The notes beneath the pieces are model-generated. The model saw only the letters and a list, made by a program, of their open reading frames with translations, was not told the origin of the DNA and ran no database searches. A stretch of 64,000 nt of DNA. Source: Squalus acanthias (Eukaryota). Of the stretch, positions 1-12,657 are shown in pieces. Position 1 is the stretch's first letter. Every line of letters begins with the position of its first letter. The translations under genes and the position numbers were made by a program. The stretch covers positions 60,452,001-60,516,000 of the forward strand of contig CM059438.1 of the NCBI GenBank assembly GCA_030390025.1, read 5' to 3'.

Positions 1-736
1 CAATGAATTCCCCACCATCAACCTCCTGGGATCATAATTGACTCAGAAACTCAGCTGGACCAGCCATATAAATACCGTGGCTACTAGAAAAAGTCAGAGG
101 CTGCGTATTCTGCGGCAAGTGGCTCACCGTTTGACGCATGCGCGAAACTTAACATTGGAAAAGCCATTGGCCACGTAGCTTAGAGGGAACATTGCTTTTA
201 ACTCCCCAAACCCTCTCCACCACCTACAGGCCACAGGTCAGGGAACACTCTCCATTTGCCTGGATGGGTGCAGCTGCAACAATACTCAAGAAGCTCAGCA
301 CCATCCGGGACAAAGCGGTCTGCTTGATCGGCACTCTATCCATTAATTTTAACATCCACTCCCTCCACCACCGGCGTACCATGGCTGCAGTGTGTACTAT
401 CTGCAGGATGCACTGCAGCACGTCGCCAAGGCTTCTTCAGCAGAAACTCCCAAACCCGTGACCACCACCACCTAGAAGTACATGGGCAGTAGGTGCATGG
501 GAACACCATCTCCTCCAAGTTCCCCTCTAATATCCCCATTATATATTGGCATTATTGTCACTCGGTCAAAATCCTAGAACTCCCTACCTAACAGTATTAT
601 GGGATACCTTCACCACACGGACTGTGGCAGTTCAAGAAGAAAGCCCATCACCAGCTTCTCGAGGGCAGCTTCGGATGGGCAATAAATCCCATCCTTACCA
701 GCAACGCCCACATCCCGAACAATGATTTAAAAAAAA
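1..736 (+). mobile_element. 3' part of a CR1-group LINE (second family), decayed
   Basis: Remnant C-terminal ORF (…RPQVREHSPFAWMGAAATILKKLSTIRDKAVCLIG…) resembles post-RT LINE sequence. The 3' UTR (AACTCCCTACCTAACAG…GGATGGGCAATAAA…) recurs at 4008-4168, 4330-4500 and 8050-8135 and ends in an A-tract. A short foreign insert lies at about 130-193. Confidence 0.7.
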
Positions 737-769
737 CAAGACCTTAGGCTTCAGTTTGAGTATTGTGTA

Positions 770-1235
770 CAGACTAAGGATAGAACTAGCAGCCCAAAAC
801 TGGGCATCCACGAGACGCTGTGGACCACCAGCATCAGCAGAATTGTTTTCCACCACAATCTGTAACCTCCTGGCGTGGTACATCCCTCACTGCTCCAATA
901 CCATCAAGCCAGAGACCAACCGAAGGGCGTGCCAGGAACAGCACCAGGCATACCATGAAGTGTCAATTAATGAAGCTGCAACACTGACTAGCTATATGAC
1001 AAACGGCAAAAGCAGCATGTAAATAACCAAGCAGTCTGACAATCAGTGGATCAGAGCAAAGCTCTGCAGCCATACCACATCCAGTTCAGAATGGTGGTGA
1101 AGAATTAGGCATTGACGGAAGGAAGAGGTCCTATAAACATCCGCAGCCTCAACCACGGCAGAGCCCACAACTTGAGTGCAAGAGATGAGGCTGAAGTGTT
1201 TTCAAGTACTAACGTCGTGGTTGCAGTGCTCATCA
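770..1235 (+). mobile_element. Decayed internal LINE fragment, probably same family as 1-736
   Basis: Degenerate sequence with no intact ORF; the matching family 3' end resumes at 4008 after the CR1 copy. Confidence 0.4.
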
Positions 1236-1239
1236 CACC

Positions 1240-4007
1240 AGAACTCGTGGTTTAAAAACGGTGAGAACTGGGCACTTAATATTCAAGGGTACTTGGTGTT
1301 CAGAAAAGATAGGGAAGGAAAAAAGGGAGGTGGGGTGGCAGTGCTGATTAAGGAAGACATTGTAGTCTTGGAAAGGGAGGATGTTCTTGAGGGGACAAGG
1401 ACAGAATCCATTTGGTTAGAGTTGAGGAGCAAAAAGGGTATGACCACACTATTGGGGTATTCTACAGGCCTCCAAATAGTGAGAGGGAGGTAGAGGAGCA
1501 AATCTGCAGGGAAATCGCAGAGATATGCAAGAGCTATAGACTGGTGATATTGGGGGACTTTAATTACCCAAATATCGATTGGGATAATGCTAGGGTAAAG
1601 GGAAAGGAGGGGGAGGAATTTCTGAAATGTGTTCAGGAGAATTTCCTTGACCAGTATGTTCTTGGCCCAACTAGGAAGGAGGCATTGCTGGATCTGGTGC
1701 TGGGGAATGAGGTGGGCCAGGTCGACCAAGTGTTTGTGGGAGAACACTTTGGTACGAGTGATCATCATATCATAAGGTTTAGATTAGCAATGGAGAGGAG
1801 CAAGGAACAATCTAGAGTGGAACTTCTAAACTGGAATAGGGCTAATTTCAATGGGATGCAAAAGGATCTAGCCAGGGTAAAATGGAACCAAAGACTGACA
1901 GGAAAATCTGTAACGGGACAATGGGTGATCTTTAAGGAGGAGATGTTCCAAGTACAGACTAGGTACATTCCAACAAGAGGGAAGGGTAAGGGAACCAAAG
2001 CAAAGGCTCCTTGGATGACGAGGGAGATAGAGAAGATGATGAAACATAAAAAGAGGGTGTATGATGAATGTCAGGTAAGTTCTTCAAGGTAGAACCAGAC
2101 CAAATACAATAAGTTGAGAGGGGAAGTGAAGATGAAAATAAGATTGGCAAAGAGAGAATATGAGAGTAGAATGGCGGTTAACATAAAAGGGAACCCAAAA
2201 ATCTTCTACCGGCATGTAAACAGTAAGCGGGTACTAAGAGGCGGGGTGGGGCCTATTAGGGACAAAGAAGGTGATATATGCTTGGAGGCGCAGGGCAAGG
2301 CTAGAATACTCAATGAGTACTTTGTATTGGTGTTTACTAAGGAGGTGGATGTTGACAAAATATCAGTAGAAGTGGGAAAGGTAGAAGCAATAGAAGGGGT
2401 GAAAATTGATGGACAGGATGTACTAAAAAGGCTGGGTATGCTTAGAGTGGATAAGTCGCCTGGTCCAGGTGGCTTGCATCCCAGGTTGCTATGGGAATTG
2501 GGGGAGGAGATAGCGGAAGGGCTTGCCATAATTTTCCAATCTTCCCTAGATGCGGTGGAGGTGCCTGAGGATTGGAAAGTGGCAAATGTGACACCATTGT
2601 TCAAGAAAGGGTGTAAGGACAATCCTAGTAACTACAGGCCAGTCAGTTTAACATCAGTGGTGGGTAAAGTTTTAGAAAAAATAATCAAGGAAAAAATTAA
2701 TGGGCACTTGGAGAGGTTTAAACTAATTAAGGAGAGCCAACATGGATTTGTAAAAGGCAGATTGTGTTTGACTAATCTAATTGAATCTTTTGATGAAGTA
2801 ACAGGGAGGATTGATGAAGGGAATGCAATGGATGTTGTCTACATGGATTTTCGGAAGGCGTTTGACAAAGTACCACATAGAAGGCTGGTTAACAAAATTG
2901 AGGCTCATGGAATAGGTGGGTCAGTGGCAGCTTGGATAAGGAATTTGCTTAAGGACAGAAAACAGCGAGCTGTAAATGGCTGTTTTTCAGACTGGAGGAT
3001 GGTAGACAGTGGTGTTCCCCAAGGGTCAGTGCTGGGGCCACTGCTTTTTTTGAGATATATAAATGACCTGAATATTGGAATACAGAGTAGAATTTCTAAA
3101 TTTGCCGATGACACCAAACTTGGGGGTGTGGCAAACAGTGAAGATGATACCAATCGACTGCAACAGGACATAAAAAGGCTAGCAGAATGGGCAGACAAGT
3201 GGCAGATGGAATTTAATACAGAGAAGTGTGAGGTGATGCGTTTTGGCAGAAGGAACAGGGAGAGGCAATATACACTTAATGGCATAGTTTTAAAGAGTGT
3301 GCAGGGACAGAGGGACCTGGGAGTTAATGTGCATAGGTCCCTGAAGGTGGCGGACTTTTTGAAGAGTGGTTAACAAAGCATATGGGATCTTGGGCTTCAT
3401 AAATAGAGGTATTGAGTACAAAAGTAGAGAAGTTATGCTGAACCTTTATAAAGCGCTGGTTAGGCCACAACTGGAGTATTGCGTCCAGTTCTGGTCACCA
3501 CACTTTAGGAAGGATGTGAAGGCACTTGAAAGGGCAGAGGAGATTTACCAGAATGGTTCCAGGGATGGGGGATCTTAGCTACAAAGATAGGTTGGAGAAG
3601 CTGGATTTGTCTTCATTAGAGCAAAGGAGGTTGAGGGGTGATTTGATAGAGGTGTACAAGATTATGATGGGTTTGGATAGGCTAGATGGGGAAAGGCTGT
3701 TCCCACTAGTTGATGGTACAAGGACTAGGGGACACAGATTTAAGGTTTTGGGCAAGAGATACAGGGGGGATGTGAGGAAATACTTTTTTACGCAGCGAGT
3801 GGTGATGACCTGGAACTCGCTGCCGACGGAAGTGGAGACACTCAATGCTTTCAAGGGGAGACTGGATAGGCACTTGAGGGAAATAAACTTGCAGGGCTAC
3901 GGGGATAGAGCGGGGGAATGGGACTGACTGGATTGCTCTACAGCGAGTCGGCACAGACTCGATGGGCCAAATGGCCTCCTTCTGTGCCGTTATGATTCTG
4001 AGACTCT
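1240..4007 (+). mobile_element. CR1 LINE ORF2 (APE endonuclease + reverse transcriptase), broken by stops/frameshifts
   Basis: Endonuclease motifs FYRPP, ILGDFNYP, SDHH (1412-2092); RT motifs NYRPVSLTS, QHGF, DFRKAFD, GVPQGSVLGP, FADD (2114-3373); C-terminus VRPQLEYC…RLRGDLIEVYKI; CR1 3' tail GGGCCAAATGGCCTCCTTCTGTGC…GATTCT. Confidence 0.95.
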
Positions 4008-4500
4008 CTAACTCCCTCCCTAACAGCACTGTGGGAGTACCTTCACCACACGGACTGCAGCGGTTCAAGGCGGCGGCTCACCACCACCTTCTCAAGGGCA
4101 ATTAGGGATGGGCAATAAATGCTGGCCTTGCCAGCGACGGCCAGATCCCATGAACGAATAAAAAACAAACTCACCAAGCCTCTATCAACCAGCTCCCAGC
4201 CCCATACCATCTCACCTAGAAGGACAAAAGAAGCAATGTCATGAGAACACCATCACCTCTCACTTCCTGTTCAAGTAATGTACCATCCTGACTTGGACAT
4301 ATGTCGCTGTTCCTTCATTGTCACTGGTTCAAAATCCTGGCATTCTTTACTTGACAGTAGTGTAGGGACACCTTTACTTGACAGGACTGTAGTGGTTCAA
4401 GATAAAGGCCCAGCACCACCATCGCCTTCTTAGGGTTACTAGGGGTGGACAATAATTATGGCCTTGCCAGCATCACACACATTCTGAGAACAAATAAAAT
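4008..4500 (+). mobile_element. Two 3'-end copies of the LINE family seen at 1-736
   Basis: 4008-4168 is a well-preserved 3' UTR ending in an A-tract; 4170-4500 is a more diverged copy. Confidence 0.7.
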
Positions 4501-4514
4501 GTTTTCTGCACCAG

Positions 4515-4865
4515 AGTATAGGAAGCACTGGAAAAGGTACAGCGTAGACTCACTGGGATGTTATCGGGGATGAGGGGTTACAGTTATGAAGAGAGACTTG
4601 AGAAGTTGGGGCTTTTTGCCACTAGAGCTGAGGAGTGACCTGATGGAGATATTCATGATTATGAAGGGTTAATACTAATAGATTGTTTCCAGAAGTCAGT
4701 AAAATGGTAACAAGAGCTGCACAAATTTGAAAAGCAATTTAGATAGTTGGCCTGAAAAGAGAAATATTTAAGGGTATGGGGAGTGAGATTTAACTAGCTG
4801 GTGCAGACTAACACCAGCACAGACTTGCTGGGCCTGTTTCTGTGCTGTAACAGTCTATGATTCCA
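4515..4865 (+). mobile_element. Old CR1 3' fragment
   Basis: Residual ALEKVQRR/YEERLEKLGLF-like coding and tail GGGCCTGTTTCTGTGCTGTAAC…CTATGATTC. Confidence 0.7.
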
Positions 4866-5228
4866 TCTAGTCAACACTACGGCTCCCTATAGAGGGCTTG
4901 AATTATGTTGATCAGGTGAAAAGGTTGTCGGTGTTATCCCCTCTTATTCTGTGGATTTAATGTGTCTGGTAATCCAGCAGAGGGTGCTGCGTGCAAAGAA
5001 TTGATCACAACTCACGTTCCCTAAACTAAGTAAGCTCTTTAAATGCTTATTTTCTACAGATTAAAATAAATTCACAATGAGGTTTTTCAATAAATTCAGT
5101 GTCACAAATGTTTACTTCCACAATGATCACCCAAGCCCTCCTCCCTGCCCGCTCCCCAGGCAACGGTTAAATGAGGACATTCAGCTTGTATAGAAACCAG
5201 TCTTTTCCAGTTTTCTGTGGCAAGAGTT

Positions 5229-5338
5229 GGGCCAGAAATTCGGGTCTCCACGGGTGAGTACGCACTGGGTACTCACCCGTAGACCCAACGAAAGTGCCGG
5301 TTTCACGCATGGAAGCCGGAGAGCCGAATTTCTGGCCC
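5229..5338. mobile_element. 110-bp Harbinger-type MITE
   Basis: 15-bp perfect TIR GGGCCAGAAATTCGG / CCGAATTTCTGGCCC; flanks GTT / ATT (near 3-bp TSD); internal 12-bp hairpin ACGGGTGAGTAC…GTACTCACCCGT. Confidence 0.85.
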
Positions 5339-5354
5339 ATTGTTTCAGCTCGAT

Positions 5355-5490
5355 GACCTTCTGATGAAAGGTCATAAACCTAAGCGTTAACCCTGTTTCT
5401 TTCTCCACAAATGCTGTCTGGCCTGCTGAGTGTTGTCCAGCATTTTCAGATTTCCAGCAGCCGCAGCATTTTGCCTTTGTTTTCCAGTTT
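5355..5490 (+). mobile_element. Penelope-like terminal repeat fragment with degenerate hammerhead-like motif
   Basis: CTGATGA-AAGGT…ACCT-…CGTTAAC followed by …CCTGCTGAG…TCCAGCATTTTC; homologous to 60468-60600 (+) and 31275-31410 (-). Confidence 0.6.
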
Positions 5491-5644
5491 TCTCTCTTCC
5501 TCTGCTCATGGTGCTGACTCTCACTGGGGAGCGGCTCCGCAGTCACCAGGCGTCCTCCCGTAACTCCTCCAAGAGTCCGTTCTGCACGTCGGGTTTGACA
5601 GTGAGCACTAGATTGATCCTGTCCTTACTGGATATCCACACACA

Positions 5645-6000
5645 ATCATAGAGTCATGCAGCACAAAAGGAGGCCATTCGGCCCATCGTGCCTGTGCCAG
5701 CTCTTTGGTAGAGCCATCCAATTAATCACACTGCCCTGCTCTTTCCTCATAGTCCTGTAATTTTTTTTCCCTTCAAGTATTTATCCAATTCTCTTTTGAA
5801 AGTTACTATTGAATCTGCTTCCACCACCCTTTCAGGCAGCGCATTCCAGATCACAACTCGCTGCTTAAAAAAATGTTTTCCCTCATGTCACCTCTGGCTC
5901 TTTTGCCAATCACCTTAAATCTGTGCCCTGTGGTTACCGACCCTTCTGCCACTGGAAACAGTTTCTCTTTATTTACGCTATCAAAACCGCTCATTATTTT
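5645..6000 (-). mobile_element. CR1 3' end
   Basis: KEKLFPVAEGSVTTGHRFKVIGKR coding remnant and CR1 tail on the minus strand. Confidence 0.85.
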
Positions 6001-6254
6001 GCACACACGCATGCACTTTCCAGCACAAGTCACTGGATAGCAAACAGAAGCTTCATTTTCTTTCTTCCCTCCCTAGCGCTTGAGCAACTGTAGCCCCTTT
6101 GCAGAGACTGGAGATTGAACCTCGGATCGTCCGGCCTGTATGATTTCATGCTGCAGCACGGAGCGCTTTAACCCACTAAGCCTTTAGGGGAGCTGGAAAT
6201 TGATCTTTGATAGATTACATTTAGCTGGTGTTGAGCCATTTGTAAGTACATTAC

Positions 6255-6368
6255 CAGGGCTCTGGGGAAAGAGCAGGGGAGTGGGACTAATTGGAAAGCT
6301 CTTTCGAAGAACCGGCACAGGCACGATGGGCTGAATGGCCTCCTTCTGTGCTGTATGATTCTATCATT
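6255..6368 (+). mobile_element. CR1 3' tail fragment
   Basis: GGGGAAAGAGCAGGGGAGTGGGACTAA…GGGCTGAATGGCCTCCTTCTGTGCTGTATGATTCTAT. Confidence 0.8.
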
Positions 6369-7499
6369 CCTTTGCCTTTCTGTGGGAAGTGCCCTCATCC
6401 CCAGTTCTTCACTTAAGACGCAGCCACCATTGGGAACTTGCCTTCCAGCGAGTTGTGTGCACAGCTTATTGAGGATCACTTTCTGCGGCTTGTATCTCCT
6501 ATGTAGAATTCATTGATACGGTTAAGAGACGGTCAGATTCCCACAGGCATTCGGGTCATTTCCAAAGATCGACAGACTGTATGTCAAATAACACCCTTTA
6601 ACTGCATGTGTGTGTGGCCCTCAGGAAAGGGCAGGATCAGGCTTGGCCAGCTTGCACTCACTGTCCCATCCTGCACATAAAACAGCCACTTAGATTAGGC
6701 ACTAGAGGGTTGGGCATCTGGCTAATTTAGGATCATAGTCAACTGGACATGACTATTGCCCTCCCCCCTTTCCTGAAGGCAAAATGATTCATGTGGAGCA
6801 TCAATTTTAGCCACTTCCATTTGACTATAATGGTAAGTAAATGAAGACGGACAATAGGACAAGACACTGTGAGTAGCACTGCCTGTAGTTGCTGCCACAG
6901 GAGCAGGATATCATGATGTTACATCAAAGGACATTTAAAATAAATGATACTTGAACAGTAATTTGCTCTGACCAAGGTCTGGTGTTGCAGATTAGAGCCT
7001 AGCCTCTGGTCAGCAGCTCCCTAGGAAGGGAAGGGAAATTGGAAATTCACCATCAGACCACTGTTGTGTAGCTCGTGCTTGAAGGAGAACTTTGGTGGAG
7101 CAGGTGGGGGCAGCTTGATGTTCTCTCGATGTGTATGGCCCATGGAAGCATGTACAGGGAAAAATCCTCAAGAAGGCAAGAGATGGGATGCAGCTGGAGC
7201 CTCAGATATTGTGCTGTGTGGGAGCTTCTTTCGTTTATTTAACTTTTACATTGATGTTTTCTTAAATGTTTTGTTTCTATTTTTTATTACATTTGTCACT
7301 CGTTCTGAATGTGTTGGTTTATGTACTGGAATATAAAATGCCTCATCCCCCATTTATAAATTGGTATTTGGGAGTCAGCTTTGTGTCAGCAGTAATCGCC
7401 TGCAGTGCATTGTGGAACATATACCTCAAACACTGGCACCAAAATCCATGTTGGCATCAGTAACCTTTTCATTTGCAAATACCCTAACAAATAGCTAGC

Positions 7500-8550
7500 A
7501 TTGGCACTTGTACACAAGTACAGTTCTGGGCACCCCACCACAGAGGGACATCCTGACCTTGGACGGAGGACAAAGAAGGGCAGCTGAGTTGCTAAATGGG
7601 ATTGGGCACCTGTACTATGAGGAAAGACTAAGGATGTTTACATTGGAAAAAGGTGGCTTAGAGGTGTGCTTACTGAGGTATTTAAGATATTCAGGAGAAC
7701 AGACAAACTGGAACCCAGAATTATGTTGAATATTAACACAAGCTCTAGGACAAAGGAATGGTAGAGGCTTGCCCTATTAATCCAGAGAACATGAGGGCAA
7801 ACCCCACTGGGCCAGTTTGATGAGTTGAATTCAGTTTTAAAATCTGGAAATTAAAAGCTGGTATCAGTAAAAGTGACCATGAAGCTGTTGGATTGTTGTT
7901 AGAAACCCAGTGAGTTCACTAATGTCCTTTAGGGAAGAAACCTGCCGTCCTTGTACGTGACTCCAGTCCCACACCAACGTGGTTGACTCTTAACTGCCCT
8001 CTTAAGTGGCCTCACAAGCCGCTCAATTATATCAAGCCACCTTGAAGAAGGCCCACCACCACCACCTTCTCAGGGGCAACTAAGGATGAGCAATAAATGC
8101 TGGCCTTACCAGCGACGCCCACATTCCGAGAATACATTTTTAAAAACTAGCTATAGGGTAAAGGGACATGGATTCAAACTTAGACGAGAAAAGGCAAACA
8201 CACAGTTCAGGTATAATTTCTCCACAACAAGGATGGTGGTAAACAGAATTCCTACCCAGAGAGGCAGTGGAAATGGAGGATATTATAAATTTTAAAAGGA
8301 TGATATTAGAGGTTACGTCTAGTGGAGTGTAATGGGTGACCATAGTGTCCTGGACTATGCTTGATTGCGGAGTCTGGGGGAAATTTCCGAGAGTCCTTCC
8401 TGAAATTGGCCACGGGGTTTTCCTTTCTTATTTTGCTTCTCCAGGAGTTACCATTGCTAATATCTGGGAAGGGTGATGCACGAGGTTCCACCATCAAATG
8501 GATAGGATGAACATGGATGAGCTTGATTGTCTTTTACATTTATATCAGTT
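7500..8550 (+). mobile_element. Old CR1 fragment interrupted by a SINE (about 7760-8135) that shares its 3' tail with the LINE at 1-736
   Basis: CR1-like remnant (YEERL; GH-FKL) on both sides; the insert ends in …GGGCAACTAAGGATGAGCAATAAATGCTGGCC. 8330-8550 resembles the long 3' UTR also seen at 30960-31215 and 32355-32735. Confidence 0.55.
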
Positions 8551-9236
8551 CTGATAATAACCAATGTCTCCAATGACATCTTCTATTTATATAGAGCCTT
8601 TAATGTAAAGAAAATGTCCGCTTCACAAACAGGTATAAGGAAACGGGCATCGAGCCAGAAAAGGAGCCCATAAGCTTGAAGAGATGGGTCTTCAGTTGGT
8701 TTTTAAAGAAGAGACGGAGAGATTTAGGTATGGAGTTCCAGAGAGTAAAATGATGAGGTGAAGGGAGAGGGGGATGGACAAAAGAGGTTGGAGTCAGAGA
8801 AAGAATGTTTGGGGGTGACATAGGCTAGGGAGTTTGTAGAGACAGGACAAGGAAAGGCCATGGAGAGATTTAAAGACACGGGGGAATTAATTCAGTTGGT
8901 TAGCGCCTCCCGTTAGTGCCTGGCCGGGGCGCTAATGAAGTAGTGCTGGGGTGAGGCGAATCCAGTGGCACACGCCAAATCCAGTCGCCCCTTAGCGCTG
9001 CCGCTAACAGCACCTGGGGCTTTAGCGCCAGGCAGTTCGTAACGTCTGTGAGTGTGCAGCGCTCACTGAACGCCTGATCTGCCAAATTGATTATCGCCCC
9101 CTGCCTTAGCACCTCGATTGTGCAAGAGTTTAATTCAGTCATTTAAAGGTTCTTTAGTATCAGGAGTGTTGTGGCTACTAAAAATTTGTTACATTTATTC
9201 TCACAAAATTTCAAAGTGCTACACATCGTTACATTA

Positions 9237-10327
9237 ATGTACTGGCAGTACCTCGCCCTCCAGGATCTATTGTGGAGGCAGCGAGAAAGATTGCAAGATG
9301 TGACCAGAGGTAGGAGGAGGGCCATCAGGGCTCTCAACAGGAGGCCTTACCCTCCGAGGGTATTCGGAGAGCACTTCTTCTGCCTCCAGTTAAGCGAGGA
9401 GCAGTGCATTAGAAGGCTCCGCTTCAGCAAGGATGTGGTCACCGAACTCTGCCACCTCCTGCAACCAGACCTCGAGCCTCAGATCAGGTCGACCACGACT
9501 CTCTCAGTGGCAGTCAAGGTCACTGTTGTCCTCAATTTCTTCTCCAGCGGTTCCTTCCAGTCTGCAACAGGAGATATAGCGGACATCTCGCAGTTCACCG
9601 TCCATCGATGCATCTGGGAGGTCACAAAGGCGCTCTACAGTAGGAGAAGGGACTACATTTCCTTCCCCAGCACCAGAGAGAAGCAGGACGAACGTGCTTG
9701 AGCTTTGCCAGGATAGCGGGCTTCCCCATGGTGCAGGGCGCCATTGACTGCACCCACGTGGCTTTGTGTGCACCGCAGAACAATCCTGAGATCTTCCGTA
9801 ACCGCAAAGGCTACCACTCACTTAATGTGCAGTTGGTGTGTGATCACAGACAGCGAATCCTCAATGTGAATGCCCGCTATCCTGGCAGCAGCCACGATGC
9901 CTTCATCCTGCGCCAGACCGGTGTGCCAGCTCTCTTCCAGCCACCACATCAAGCTTGCGGCTGGCTGGTCGGAGACAAGGGCTATCCGCTCTCCACCTGG
10001 CTCATGACTCCCCTCCGCAACCCCAACACTCCTGCCCAGCACTCATATAATGCTGCCACCAGGAACATCATCAAGCAGACCATCGGGGTGCTCAAGCAAC
10101 GGTTCCGCTACCTTGACCACTCGGGAGGAGCCCTCCAGTACTCGGCTGAGCGGGTGTCCCATTTTGTGGTGGTCTGCTGCATGCTCCACAACTTGGCCAT
10201 CATGAGGGCCCAGCTCTTGCCACCAGGGATTGCGGGACCACCTCAGGAAGAGGAGGAGGAGGAGGAGGAGCGAGGGAGGAGGCAGCCACTCGGTCGGCCT
10301 CATATGACTGCAGTGCCAATAAATTAA
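9237..10327 (+). pseudogene. Harbinger DDE transposase (HARBI1-like nuclease), frameshifted
   Basis: Motifs FFSSGSFQ, GAIDCTH, RKGYHSLNVQLVCD, YPGSSHDAFI, GDKGYP, LKQRFR, CCMLHN. Frameshift at about 9698; the third catalytic position reads K (RNIIKQ) where E is expected. Confidence 0.92.
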
Positions 10328-10524
10328 ACACAGATCTCTGTTGCTCACCACAGCCCCATCATTCCATCCCTGTCGCAGGCCATATCACGGCGCAAAGCTG
10401 AAATGAGACACACCACAAAATCATCCAAAGCCAATTAATACATTTATCAATAATCAGTGAACACATATTTATAACAATAATATTAGCTATTCACCCTTGT
10501 GCAATCTCATTACAGTGCCTTTGC

Positions 10525-12315
10525 CTACTCTAGTGCTCCTACGAAGTGTTGGCAGGTGGAAGGCTGCTGAGTGTCTGTGCGGGAGACTTCAGATGGCCTT
10601 GCAGGATACCCTCTGGGCCTGGAAGGCCCGGCTGTAGACTGCACCACCTCAGCATAGGCGGCAGCAGTCTTGGCTGGCTGGATGACGGGCAGCGACAAGG
10701 GCAATGGCGGAGTGCCAGTGGTGGAAGCAGGAATGCTGTCATCCTGAGAGAACAGCAGCTTCCTTCTTCACTGACCCACTGGCACTCCCCCGGGGCAGCA
10801 CCTCAGCATCACTACCAATCTGCTGAAGCACAGATTGCTGGCCTGCTGCGACACCGTGAAAGCCGCGGTGGATGGTGGTCAACCAAGCCACGATGGCAGC
10901 AGTCAGAGCTTGCGTGGCATTGAGCTGAGACTGCATGAGAGCAGTCTGAGAATCAATGCCATCAAGCATAGACTGCATTACAGCACTAACACCTTGTGTG
11001 GCATCTGCCTGTGCTGCAATGGAAGCTGCGACATTGCCCATCACACGCGGCATGAGGTCTGGGTCACCACGGTCCCTCTGGGAGTCCACCATCCTTTGCA
11101 GACTGCAAATGATGGACTCCATGGTGTGCGCAGAGCTCTGCAATGTTGGAGGTGGACTCCTCCATGTTCCTTACCATTACCGAGAGGCTGTCAGGCACCC
11201 TTGCCATTGCACCTATCATCTCTGTGTGCATACCCATCACCCTTCTTCTAAAGGCTTCCCCATCGAGGTCCTCATCTGAGACCTGTGCAGTAGAACTCGC
11301 CCTCCGGGGAGCTGACTCCCAAGCTACCCTTTCCCCTTGTCCTTGCTGCAGCCCGCTCGTCCCTGGTGCATCACCCTGTGCAGATCCCACTACTATACTA
11401 GCCTCTAAAAAATGCATAATGCCAGTATCTGAGCTGGTGCCTGTGGGTGAGACATGCAGTGTTGCGGTGTGTTCTTTGTCCTCCTCTTCTTCCGCCTCGC
11501 TCTCAGGGACAGACTGCTCAGCTGCTTGCTCATTATCTGAAAGTATAAAGGCATAAGAGTCGGGTTAAGGTGAGGGGAGGGGGGCAGGAAGGGAGAAAGG
11601 CATGCATACAGCATGATTGGTGGAAAGTGTGAAAGGCTTGTGGGGTGAGGGGAAGTGTGATGTGAGAAGAAGGAGTAGGGATGAACATACCGTGGTTATC
11701 CCCAAGGGGGTCAATGTGGCTGGTGGTCACGGCGCCCACCACCTGGCGCCCCGTGATTTGCAGCACTCTTTCCTCCAACTCAGAAAGTGGTTGGGTGTCA
11801 AGTTGTCCCCCGCCTGTGCGCTCCTGCTCCCTCCTGTTGTGAGCGACCTTGGCCTGCAAGAGAAAGGGAAGTGTGTGAGTGAGTGTGGAGCAATGTGTTT
11901 GGGAGATGTGCCTGCCATTGTTGGAATAGCTGTCATTGTGTGCAACGTGTGAGATGTGGGTGTGAGTGTTGGTAGGTGGAGATTGTTGGTAGGTGAGTTC
12001 TGGGGGTGTGGTGCTTTGGGCAGTGTGTGCAGACTGAGGTTCAGATGGTGGTATGTAGCATTTGTTGAAGCATTGACTCACCCTGACCACCCGAGTGAGG
12101 TTGTTAAATTTCTTCCTGCACTGTGTGTGGGTCCTGGGGACCACAGTGCTGCCCGAGACCTGCTGGGCTACCTCCCTCCACATGGTGCAGAAGACTTGCA
12201 GCGAGGGCCTCCTGCCACTTGCTGGGTACAGCACCGTCCTCCGTCTCTCCACAGCGAACTCCAATGCCTGGTCACAGAATCTGCGAGCTCTCTCCCTGGG
12301 CCGTTGATCTGTCAT
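10525..12315 (-). pseudogene. Harbinger Myb/SANT-like (trihelix) DNA-binding protein, 3 exons, frameshifted
   Basis: Exon 1 12315-12082 (RARRF…WREVAQQV…RTHTQCRKKFNNL) with donor GTGAGT; exon 2 11853-11691 (HNRREQERTGGG) with TTGCAG / GTATGT; exon 3 from 11536 after TTTCAG, phase-compatible. Apparent frameshifts near 11143 and 10745. Confidence 0.85.
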
Positions 12316-12657
12316 AATGACACCTCCTTCAGTGATCCGGTTCCTTCTCCTTGGCCTTCTGCTGCTTGCTGAGACAGCTGCAGAACCAGCAATGCTTGAG
12401 TGAGGTTCTGCAGCATGAACGAACCTCCCCTTTAAGAACTGGAAAGAGCCTGTGGTAACAATGATTAGCGATTAGACTGCACCTGAAATTCTTTAGCACT
12501 TTGAGTCTAATGCCACTAAGCTCGGTCATTAGCGCTTGATTTAGCGCTCCCATCCTTTCTTTGAGCAATGACATTGAATTTTGCGTGTTGCGAGATTCAT
12601 TAGCACCTGGCACTAAATCTCAAACTTTTCCAAAGTTAGCGCCCACTCCTGGGCTAT

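Noticed and set aside
9237..12315. Host HARBI1 / NAIF1 or MSANTD genes
   Set aside because: Enclosed by TIRs and a TSD inside an L2, and disabled by frameshifts, so a transposon copy rather than domesticated genes.
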